A stretch of 64,000 nt of DNA, from assembly GCA_045598245.1 (NCBI GenBank), contig JAZLLQ010000035.1, positions 5,579-69,578 on the forward strand. The letters run 5' to 3'. Made by a program: the position numbers and the translations under genes. The notes beneath the pieces are model-generated. The model ran no database searches. It was not told the DNA's origin and was given only the letters and a program-made list of their open reading frames with translations. Origin of the DNA: Candidatus Gastranaerophilales bacterium (GTDB lineage: Bacteria > Cyanobacteriota > Vampirovibrionia > Gastranaerophilales > JAILCC01). Shown piece by piece: positions 8,804 to 17,308 of this stretch; position 1 is the stretch's first letter, and each line of letters begins with the position of its first letter.

Positions 8804-10153
8804 ATGATATCTGACAGCCCATTGATGATACTTGGAATATTTCACCCTGTACGCCGCAGTGGACGGACTATATATCCTATTGCAATTCCCGTACATTCTG
8901 CATACGCTGATTATTCAATTAATCAAGCTCAAAAATCAGATAAGGCTTTAATGAAGGGTCTTAACGGTGAGGTATCAGCATTTAGTGACGGAAGCAATAC
9001 GGTTGTAAAAAAACTTTATAGTGCAAAACAAGCAAACAACTTTTCGCCTACAAGAGAAATTAAAGCATTAGTTGCACTTGAAGTTAATGGAATATGTGGA
9101 CCGGGTATTCAGACAGGTTTTCAGGCAGTTAAAAATGCTGACGGTGATACTTATATTGTTTCAAGTCAGATTAACGGCTCAAAACCTCATCCTGATAAAA
9201 ATAAATTTAATCCCCAAAATATGTCAGAAATGGCAAAAGTTCTGGCATATCTTGATACCCCGGGATATTATTGGAATCACAAAAAACCATTCAGAGTTGC
9301 AACATCACCAAATTTATTAATGCATTATGATTTAAAACCCGGTAATGTACTTATTACCGATAAACATTTTGGTGTAATTGATTTTGAGTATTTGGATTTT
9401 CTTAACCTTTTTTTATCAAAAAGAAAATTAAACAAACAAAATTGGGGCATATTATGTAATTGCTCAGATTTACCTGAAATACCATCTAATTTGAGAAGTT
9501 TTGAATATCGTTCATTGCTTCCGTATATAGAAAAAATGGAGCCGAATGAAGCTCCTGATTTGTTTAAAGATTATTTAATACATAAAAGTACTTATCATGA
9601 ACTTATGGCTGATTCGTATAAAAAATTAAAAAGAAAAGTTCCAATATTTACTGTGGCATCCCTGTTTAATTCGGACAATTCTCCAAAAAGAAAAACAGAA
9701 AAAATCATACAAGGTCATTTGGCTCATAGCGAAGTTCTCAGAAAACCGACAAGTGATGTAATAAAGGCAGAAGCTATAAAAATTCAGATTTCACGTTATA
9801 TTTATTTACTCAGTACGCATGCTCACGGTGAAAAAACAGAATTGAATTTAGAGCAAATACGAAATTATATAATAAATGCTCAAAAATTCTTTTCCGACCA
9901 AAATAAAAATGCATCGGGTGCAAGACAAATATACTATCAGAATTGTCTTGATTTGATTAATCGTTGGATAAAAATTCTTCCTATAATTCAAAATGGTCAA
10001 ATGAAAGAAAAATTGGATTATTATAGGGATATATCAGGAACGTCTGATGCTGAAGTTTGTCCTAACGGTATGTATGAAACAACTTTTACCACCGGAATTC
10101 TGAAAACACTTGATGAAATTGTAAAGCCTAATGCTATATTGTTAAGCAAGTAA
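8804..10153 (+). CDS. Protein-kinase-like fold phosphotransferase (APH/choline-kinase-like)
   Basis: Catalytic-loop motif HYDLKPGNVLI (9323-9346) and metal-binding motif VIDFE (9377-9388), with upstream VVKK and EIKAL. Confidence 0.6.
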   Translation: MISDSPLMILGIFHPVRRSGRTIYPIAIPVHSAYADYSINQAQKSDKALMKGLNGEVSAFSDGSNTVVKKLYSAKQANNFSPTREIKALVALEVNGICGPGIQTGFQAVKNADGDTYIVSSQINGSKPHPDKNKFNPQNMSEMAKVLAYLDTPGYYWNHKKPFRVATSPNLLMHYDLKPGNVLITDKHFGVIDFEYLDFLNLFLSKRKLNKQNWGILCNCSDLPEIPSNLRSFEYRSLLPYIEKMEPNEAPDLFKDYLIHKSTYHELMADSYKKLKRKVPIFTVASLFNSDNSPKRKTEKIIQGHLAHSEVLRKPTSDVIKAEAIKIQISRYIYLLSTHAHGEKTELNLEQIRNYIINAQKFFSDQNKNASGARQIYYQNCLDLINRWIKILPIIQNGQMKEKLDYYRDISGTSDAEVCPNGMYETTFTTGILKTLDEIVKPNAILLSK

Positions 10154-10271
10154 TCAGTTAAAATTTTTATAAATTCGGATATATTGACTTGCAATTATGC
10201 AATTTGGATATTTTGGTTGTAAAGCAAAATAAAGACTGGATTTTTAGCCGAAAAATGCCTATAATAAACAT

Positions 10272-11270
10272 ATGCTGAAGATAAAAAGAACTCTTTTTGA
10301 CCATATAAAAGAACAGGATTTTGTAAAATTCATGTTCATTAACCCGGAGCAAATTCAAAGATTTTCGGGTAACATTGCGGTACGTGCATTTAACCATATT
10401 TTACCGCCTTCAAAAAAGTTTTTGAGAGAAACTTTTAACGCGCTAGAGAATAATAAAATTTTATCACAATTATCTTTAGTACCGGATAATTTTTCCAATA
10501 CGCGTTTTCAGATTTCTTCTTTAAAAATAAGAGAGGGAAGTGAATTTGTAGCAAAACCGCTTATAGATTATGTTGTTAATAAATTTGGCGGTAATGGTGC
10601 TACGAGTTTTATGGTTTATGTTGATGAAAATGCACCGCAGATTATTTCTCTTTTTAAAAACGAATGTGGTTTTAGAAGTTGCGCTAAGGTTGAATTTTAT
10701 CAAACTGAGGATTTAAAAACAGAAGAAAATTCATTTAATGAAAAAAATTTCAGGGATTTGAAAGATAGTGATATTCTTGAACTTTTAGAAATTAATACTT
10801 TGAATATAGCTCCGCACTTTCGCCCTGCTCTGATTTCAAAGTTAAAAACATTTAAACGTAAGTTTTTAAAACATACCAAAAATGATTTTTTCAAGGTTTT
10901 TGTTGTTAACTCTTCTCCTGAAGGATATTTTAGAGTATATACTACTGATGGTGAAAATTTTGTAGCCGATATAATCACATCTAAACCTTATGAACAATGT
11001 TATGCCGAAATGATTTCGTACATCAAACATTCTCTTTCAAAAAATAAAAAATTCAAAACGCTTACCGTGCTTTTGAAAAGATATCGTGAAACCTCAAAAG
11101 CACTTGAAGATATATTGAACAATACTGATTTTAAATTAACCAATGTTACTCAGGTTTTGATAAAAGATTATTGGCACAGAGTTTCCGAAAGTCAATTTGA
11201 AGAGAAATTTCTGGTATTTTTTAATGATTTAACTGCACAACCTGCAAGATATAATTCATTTATGCTATAA
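10272..11270 (+). CDS. Hypothetical protein, possibly GNAT-like acetyltransferase fold
   Basis: The segment VVNKFGGNGATSFMVYVDENAPQIISLFKNECGF resembles the GNAT AcCoA-binding loop and terminal motif. The match is weak. Confidence 0.35.
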   Translation: MLKIKRTLFDHIKEQDFVKFMFINPEQIQRFSGNIAVRAFNHILPPSKKFLRETFNALENNKILSQLSLVPDNFSNTRFQISSLKIREGSEFVAKPLIDYVVNKFGGNGATSFMVYVDENAPQIISLFKNECGFRSCAKVEFYQTEDLKTEENSFNEKNFRDLKDSDILELLEINTLNIAPHFRPALISKLKTFKRKFLKHTKNDFFKVFVVNSSPEGYFRVYTTDGENFVADIITSKPYEQCYAEMISYIKHSLSKNKKFKTLTVLLKRYRETSKALEDILNNTDFKLTNVTQVLIKDYWHRVSESQFEEKFLVFFNDLTAQPARYNSFML

Positions 11271-11302
11271 TCAATTCATCGGAAAGTTTTCGGATATCCA
11301 AG

Positions 11303-12349
11303 GTGCGAATATTAGTTGTAAGATACAGATTTATAGGTGATACTCTTTTAACGGTTCCTTTTTTGAGAAACCTCAGAAGATGCTATCCGTATGCAAAAAT
11401 TGATATGCTTGTTGCTCCTGTATCAGGTGAGCTGCTTGAAACTTGTCCTTATATTGACAATTTGATTTATTTTGATACGACAAGAAAACACCGCTACGAA
11501 CACGGTAATAAGAAAAAGAAATCTTTTTGGCATTATGTAAAACTGTTGAAGAATGAAAAATATGATAAGGCATACGTATTAAAACGCTCTTTATCAAGTG
11601 CCTTCTTGTGTGCTTGTGCCGGTATAAAAAGCAGAGTCGGTTTTAATACGGAAGGACGAGGTTTTTTATTGACCAAAAGAGTTCCTTATGATAGTTCAAA
11701 GCATGAAATAGAAAGTTTTTTAGATGTTCTGAAGGCTGATAATGTACCCGTATTTGACGATTATTTGGAATTGTGGCTAAAAGACTCTGACGTAGATGAG
11801 GCTGATAAGTATGTGCAAAAATATTTTAAACCTGACTGTAAAAAGATTATTGTCCACGCAACAAGCGGTAATCCAAAAAAACAATGGAAACCGGAGTATT
11901 TTGCAAAAGTTATAGAAAAACTTTCTAACGAAAAAAATATACAAGTTTTTCATTTGGGTGCAAAGAGCGATAAGCAAGTGTATGAAAATATAAGAAACAT
12001 GATTAAAGAACCGCTGAATATTGAACCTGTTAATCTTTGCGGCGAATTAGATATCGGTGTTAGCGCGGCTCTTATTGCCAAAATGGATTTGGTATTCGGT
12101 AATGATTCGGGTACGCTTCACGTTGCAGGTGCTTTAGATGTTCCGACAATTGTAATATACGGTCCTATGGATTATCACAAATGGCGCGTTTGGAATAAAA
12201 ACACAAAAGCTCTTTCTACAAAGATTCCTTGCTATCCTTGTAATTTAAAAACAAAATGCAAAAACAATTACGACTGTCTTGAGCAAATTACTCCAAACAT
12301 CGCATTAACATTTATTGATGAAATGCTTAATTCTGCAAAAACTTATTAA
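11303..12349 (+). CDS. Glycosyltransferase family 9 (LPS heptosyltransferase-like)
   Basis: GTG start. The N-terminus RILVVRYRFIGDTLLTVPFLRNLRRCYPYAKIDMLV and the C-terminal GNDSGTLHVAGAL are GT9 hallmarks. Confidence 0.8.
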   Translation: MRILVVRYRFIGDTLLTVPFLRNLRRCYPYAKIDMLVAPVSGELLETCPYIDNLIYFDTTRKHRYEHGNKKKKSFWHYVKLLKNEKYDKAYVLKRSLSSAFLCACAGIKSRVGFNTEGRGFLLTKRVPYDSSKHEIESFLDVLKADNVPVFDDYLELWLKDSDVDEADKYVQKYFKPDCKKIIVHATSGNPKKQWKPEYFAKVIEKLSNEKNIQVFHLGAKSDKQVYENIRNMIKEPLNIEPVNLCGELDIGVSAALIAKMDLVFGNDSGTLHVAGALDVPTIVIYGPMDYHKWRVWNKNTKALSTKIPCYPCNLKTKCKNNYDCLEQITPNIALTFIDEMLNSAKTY

Positions 12350-12533
12350 TTCTCGGACAACTGTCCAAATAATCCAAATTTCTTATCTGATTACCGAAAA
12401 TACAAGCATTTACACTTGCTCTGCAATATCGACATTCATCGCAAGATAACGAGTCAACCGTGCCGACTGCATTTATTTTCTTTATTTTTGCGTATTCTTC
12501 CAATGAAGGTATGTACATCATTCCTTTTGACAT
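12327..12533 (-). CDS. Small Cys-rich protein (68 aa), CxxCxxC..C..CP pattern
   Basis: Strong RBS ggggag 5 nt upstream of the ATG. The Cys pattern is CDECRYC-x6-C-x14-CP. The 3' end overlaps the GT9 gene convergently by 23 nt. Confidence 0.5.
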   Translation of the reverse strand: MSKGMMYIPSLEEYAKIKKINAVGTVDSLSCDECRYCRASVNACIFGNQIRNLDYLDSCPRINKFLQN

Positions 12534-12715
12534 TATCTCCCCAAACTCCTCAAGATTATGTGTTGTATAAGCTGCAATTTTTATTGATGTTGCTATTATA
12601 AAATCTCAGGCATGCCTTGGTCAACAATGTTAAGAAAAATTAATTTTTTCATCAAAACAGCTTATAGATTTTATCCTGAAAATTTTGTATAATTGTGCCA
12701 TACGAGATTTTAGGG

Positions 12716-15700
12716 ATGAATATTATGTTGCAAGAAGCATCGAAAAAAATTATTAACAATGTTAACAATGCATTTCAACAAAGTTTTACTAAAAGACTTT
12801 GTCAGTATCTTCATGACTGCATTAGAGAAGAAGTTAAGAGTTCAACGTTTAGAAATTTAACAAGTGATAAAGATAATAAATGGGTGTTTTTAGATAAAGA
12901 AGCGGGTGTACTACTTAGTCCTAATGCTCCGTTAAAACTTGATGGGTCTGATAATATGCTCACAGAATTAATGGTTCAGTCAGATACAAGTCAAAAAGAT
13001 AAGTATATGATTTTTGGTTTTCTTTTTTTAGAAGGAAAATCTGGAAAGAAAAAATCTGCTCCTGAGTTTTTGACTCCGCTTTTATATATTCCCTGTAAAA
13101 TTGAGCGGAGCGGAACGAATTTGGCATTGATATTAACGGAAGAAAGTTTATCTCTCAATACCGGTGCGTTGTCTGCTCTTATGGAATATAAGGATGAAGA
13201 TCAGGCAGAAAACCTTTTTTGCGGATTAATAGATGTTGTGCCTGATTTCCCTATAACAAAAGAAAAAATGCAAATTTTTCTCACTACATTGAAGTCTATT
13301 ATTCCTGAATTGGATATTAATGACTGTTCTGATTTTTTGGATAAACCTGCAAAAGTTGATGAGGATAGCGATATTGCGATTAATAACAAATGTGCTGCAA
13401 TTCTTACGAAAAGACCTTCTTTGACAGCAGGTGTTCTTCATGAATTGACACAAATGGCGGAAAAACCTTCAGGTGTGTTTAGAGAAACTTCTTTAAAACC
13501 TATAAATGATGAATTTACCGGTGCAAAAATTAAAATTTCCACCAAGGATGATGCGGATTTTTATCCTATAACTCCGTTGTCTTTGAGTGAATCTCAGCAA
13601 AATGTTCTTAAAGCAGTTGATGATAATACGTTAATTACTGTTTTCGGTCCTCCCGGGACAGGTAAATCTCAGACAATTGTTAATTTAATTACGCATCTTA
13701 TTGCAAATGGTAAAACTGTTCTTGTTGCTTCAAGAATGGATAAAGCCGTTGATGTTGTTGCGGACAGATTGAACGGTTTTGGTGCACCTTATCTTGTAAT
13801 GCGTGCCGGAAGAGCGAATTATCAGCGTCAGCTTAATCATGATTTACAAGAAATGCTATCTAACGGACAGGATTTTGATACAGGATATGAGAGTGCTGTG
13901 TTTGCAGATATTGATGATATGAAAAATCTTTTAAAATCAATTAGAGATACTCAAAGTAAATGTGATAATATTATTAAATTCGAACATGAATGGTTTAATA
14001 TTCTTGAAGAATATAAAGCTCAAACAAAAAATATTCAGAGTGAATATATTTCAAAGAAACTTTCTGATGCGGATATTGCTGTCGGAAAATCTATTCTTTC
14101 CAAAATAGAAAATGTTCAAAATAATCCTAATGCATGGAATAAACTTTTGAGTTTTGTTTATAACTATCGGTTGAAAAAAAGTTTGATGCTTCAAGGTGTA
14201 AAATTCACGCACGAAACAGTCAATGAAATTAATGAAGAACTTGAGCTAAAAACCCTATATAATAAGTTGAAAGCTATTGAAAATAAAATAAATAAAATTG
14301 GAAATCTTCATTCTCTGTTTGAAGAAATCAGAAATTTGAAGTCTAAGCAGAAGAAACTTGCAATTGATATTTTGAAAAACAAAAGGCGTAAAGCACTTAT
14401 GGATATGACCAGAAGTCAAGAAAAAAGGCAGCGTCTTATGTTACATGCAAAAGCTCTTGTTACAAGACAAAAGAACCTGCAAAATAGAGTTTTGGAAGAA
14501 GAGGATTTCCAACCTTTACTTGATGCTTTTCCTTGTTGGGCAGTTACGACTTTTGCGATTTCTGAGTCTTTACCTTTAAAACCTGGGATGTTTGATGTTG
14601 CAATTATTGACGAGGCTTCTCAATGTGATATTGCAAGTTGTTTCCCTATTATGTACAGGGCAAAGAAAACAATTGTTGTTGGTGATGATAAGCAGTTACC
14701 GCATTTGTCTTTCTTAGAAAAAGCTAAAGAACAGTCGTTTTTTACTCAATATAATATTCCGGATAAATACCAGCTTATGTGGAGATTCAGAACTAACTCA
14801 GTATTCGATTTGGCTAATTATTATTCAACTTGTCCTATATTATTGGATGAGCATTTCAGAAGTTTACCGCCGATTATTGATTTTAGTAATGAGCAATTTT
14901 ACGGCGGCAAATTAAGGATAATGAACAAAGAAACCGATTTAAAAAATGTTCTTGAGTTAATAACCGTAAAAAATGCGAAAGTCGATTTGGATACGACAAA
15001 GAACCTTGCTGAAACCGAAGAATTAATAAAACGTTTGCAGGAATTAATTTCGGAGGACGAAGAAAAGAAACCAAAAAATCCTCTTTCTATCGGTATTATT
15101 TCACCGTTCAGAGGTCAGGTTGAGCAAATAAAAAAAGCAATTTCTCAGATTATTCCCGATAAACTTGTGAAAAAGCACCAGATTGAAGTCGGCACAGCTC
15201 ATACATTTCAGGGTGATGAACGTGATGTTATGATGCTTTCATTTGCTATTGCGGATAACAGTCATTTACAAAGTTTAATGTTTTTACAGAAAGCAAATGT
15301 ATTCAATGTCGCAATTACCCGTGCGAGGAAGAAATTAATTGTCTTTTGTTCAAGAGAGGCTACAAGTTTGCCACAAGGTTTGCTGAGAGATTTCTTGAAC
15401 TATATTGCGGATATTAATGAACAAAATGCGAATGCCTCTGAACTTGAGGTTGAAGATTTTGATTATAATAATGATTTGGAAAAGCAAATTGCCGTTGCGT
15501 GTTCAAAGGAAGGATTAGAAATTATTTCCGGTTTTGAAACTGCAGGACTAAGAATGGATTTAATTGTTTCTGACGGTGAAAACAAGTTGGCTATTGAATG
15601 TGATGGAATGGAAAATGGCATAGAACGACCTGTTCGCCCGAGCTATAAGCAGGAAATTCTGGAACGATGCGGTTTTAAAGTTGTTCGTATTACTTCAAGA

Positions 15701-15769
15701 GAATGGTATTACAGCCAAAATGCTTGTATGGCTACAATTAAGCGAGAACTGATAGAAATGAAATTATAA
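12716..15769 (+). CDS. SF1 (Upf1/DNA2-like) helicase fused to a C-terminal PD-(D/E)xK (DUF559/Vsr-like) nuclease domain
   Basis: Walker A GPPGTGKS (13646-13669), Walker B DEAS (14609-14620), then VVGDDKQLP, FQGDERD and NVAITRARKKL. The C-terminus is DLIVSDGENKLAIECDG...RITSREW. The start is 12716 or 12725, because a TATAAT at 12688-12693 argues against the 12695 GTG. Confidence 0.8.
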   Translation: MNIMLQEASKKIINNVNNAFQQSFTKRLCQYLHDCIREEVKSSTFRNLTSDKDNKWVFLDKEAGVLLSPNAPLKLDGSDNMLTELMVQSDTSQKDKYMIFGFLFLEGKSGKKKSAPEFLTPLLYIPCKIERSGTNLALILTEESLSLNTGALSALMEYKDEDQAENLFCGLIDVVPDFPITKEKMQIFLTTLKSIIPELDINDCSDFLDKPAKVDEDSDIAINNKCAAILTKRPSLTAGVLHELTQMAEKPSGVFRETSLKPINDEFTGAKIKISTKDDADFYPITPLSLSESQQNVLKAVDDNTLITVFGPPGTGKSQTIVNLITHLIANGKTVLVASRMDKAVDVVADRLNGFGAPYLVMRAGRANYQRQLNHDLQEMLSNGQDFDTGYESAVFADIDDMKNLLKSIRDTQSKCDNIIKFEHEWFNILEEYKAQTKNIQSEYISKKLSDADIAVGKSILSKIENVQNNPNAWNKLLSFVYNYRLKKSLMLQGVKFTHETVNEINEELELKTLYNKLKAIENKINKIGNLHSLFEEIRNLKSKQKKLAIDILKNKRRKALMDMTRSQEKRQRLMLHAKALVTRQKNLQNRVLEEEDFQPLLDAFPCWAVTTFAISESLPLKPGMFDVAIIDEASQCDIASCFPIMYRAKKTIVVGDDKQLPHLSFLEKAKEQSFFTQYNIPDKYQLMWRFRTNSVFDLANYYSTCPILLDEHFRSLPPIIDFSNEQFYGGKLRIMNKETDLKNVLELITVKNAKVDLDTTKNLAETEELIKRLQELISEDEEKKPKNPLSIGIISPFRGQVEQIKKAISQIIPDKLVKKHQIEVGTAHTFQGDERDVMMLSFAIADNSHLQSLMFLQKANVFNVAITRARKKLIVFCSREATSLPQGLLRDFLNYIADINEQNANASELEVEDFDYNNDLEKQIAVACSKEGLEIISGFETAGLRMDLIVSDGENKLAIECDGMENGIERPVRPSYKQEILERCGFKVVRITSREWYYSQNACMATIKRELIEMKL

Positions 15770-15784
15770 AAATTTTCATACAAT

Positions 15785-15821
15785 AAAAGAACCGATGGCA
15801 TTTTGCAAATCGGTTCTTTTT
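15785..15821. terminator. Bidirectional terminator between the helicase gene and pgk
   Basis: AAAAGAACCGAT-loop-ATCGGTTCTTTT. Confidence 0.85.
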
Positions 15822-15843
15822 ATTAATAACTGAAATCAGTTAA

Positions 15844-17040
15844 TTATTTATCATCTAAAGCTGCAACACCGGGAAGGACTTTTCCTTCGATAAATTCTAA
15901 TGAAGCACCACCGCCTGTTGAAACGTGAGTGAAATCTTCTGCAGTGAAGAATTTTTTGGCTGCACTGACCGAGTCGCCGCCACCGATAACAGAAGTTGCC
16001 CCATTCTTAGTTGCTTCAACAACTGCAGCTAAAACTGCTTTTGTACCTTCTGCAAATTTAGGATTTTCAAAAGCTCCGACAGGTCCGTTCATAAGAATTG
16101 TTTTTGAAGATTTAATAACATCTGCAAATGCTTTTCTTGAGTCTTCACCTGCATCAACACCTTCAAATCCGTCAGGAATTTCGTTGATTTTTACGAATTT
16201 GTTTGTTCCGTTACCGGAAAAATCGTCAGTAACCAAAACGTCTGTTGCCATAACCAATTTAACACCTTTTTCCTGTGCTTTCTTTTCAATAGCTTTTGCA
16301 ACTTCAAGTTGGTCATCTTCACAAATAGAATTGCCGATTTTACCGCCGTTAGCTTTTACGAATGTATAAGCCATACCGCCGCCGATAATCATATTGTCAA
16401 CTTTGTCCAGTAGATTTTCTAAAACACCGATTTTAGAAGAAACTTTTGCACCGCCAACGATAGCAGTGAAAGGTCTTGTCGGATTATCAAGAGCTTCGGA
16501 TAAGCATCTGATTTCTTTTTCCATCAATAAACCTGAAACCGCAGGTTTTAAAACTTTAGCCAATTTAGCTGTTGAAGTATGATTTCTGTGAGCAGCACCG
16601 AATGCGTCATTTACGTAGAAATCACCAAATTTTGCAAGTTCATTTGCAAAAGTCATATCATCATCTTTTGCTTCCTCAGCTTTGTAATAACGGATATTTT
16701 CAAGTAAAGCAACTTGTCCGTTTTGAAGTTTGTCTACATAGCTTTGAGCTTCTTCAACAGAAGGAATGAACATAACTTCCTGTCCCAAAATTTTAGACAT
16801 ATATTTAGCAACAGGAGCAAGTGTGAATTCAGGATTCTTTTCTCCTTTTGGTCTGCCTAAGTGTGCCATTAAAATAATTTTTGCACCATTGTCTTTAAGG
16901 TAATTTACCGTAGGAAGAATTGCTTGTATTCTTGTATCATCGGTAACATTTTTGTCTGCATCCAAAGGTACGTTAACATCTACTCTGATAAGAGCTTTTT
17001 TACCTGCGATGTCGCCTAAATCTTTAATTGATTTTTTCAT
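15844..17040 (-). CDS. pgk: Phosphoglycerate kinase
   Basis: 398 aa with canonical Pgk motifs (RVDVNVP, GRPKG, GGAKVSSKI, STGGGA). Confidence 0.97.
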   Translation of the reverse strand: MKKSIKDLGDIAGKKALIRVDVNVPLDADKNVTDDTRIQAILPTVNYLKDNGAKIILMAHLGRPKGEKNPEFTLAPVAKYMSKILGQEVMFIPSVEEAQSYVDKLQNGQVALLENIRYYKAEEAKDDDMTFANELAKFGDFYVNDAFGAAHRNHTSTAKLAKVLKPAVSGLLMEKEIRCLSEALDNPTRPFTAIVGGAKVSSKIGVLENLLDKVDNMIIGGGMAYTFVKANGGKIGNSICEDDQLEVAKAIEKKAQEKGVKLVMATDVLVTDDFSGNGTNKFVKINEIPDGFEGVDAGEDSRKAFADVIKSSKTILMNGPVGAFENPKFAEGTKAVLAAVVEATKNGATSVIGGGDSVSAAKKFFTAEDFTHVSTGGGASLEFIEGKVLPGVAALDDK

Positions 17041-17230
17041 TGTATAAGTCCTCTCTAAAAAAAATCTTTTACCATTTTATTTTAGCAAAAACAAAATATA
17101 AACACAAAACATATAGAGCCTATGATAAATCTTCTTCAATTGAGGAATTTATTGATTTTACCAAACTTGCTGATAAAAAACAGTTTAACTTAAAATAATT
17201 ACCTGAAGAAAGCAAGATTAAAATATAAGT

Positions 17231-17268
17231 AAAAAAGAAACCGACTTATTTAGCCGGTTTCTTTTTTT
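17231..17268. terminator. Terminator downstream of malQ (palindromic, flanked by A and T runs)
   Basis: AAAAAA-GAAACCG..CGGTTTC-TTTTTTT. Confidence 0.8.
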
Positions 17269-17308
17269 GAGAATTTGTTTTTTTCGGCTTCTTTACCGAA
17301 AGTTTCTT

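Noticed and set aside
15929-16769. Plus-strand ORFs (146, 62 and 65 aa) inside pgk
   Set aside because: These are shadow frames of a highly conserved gene on the opposite strand.
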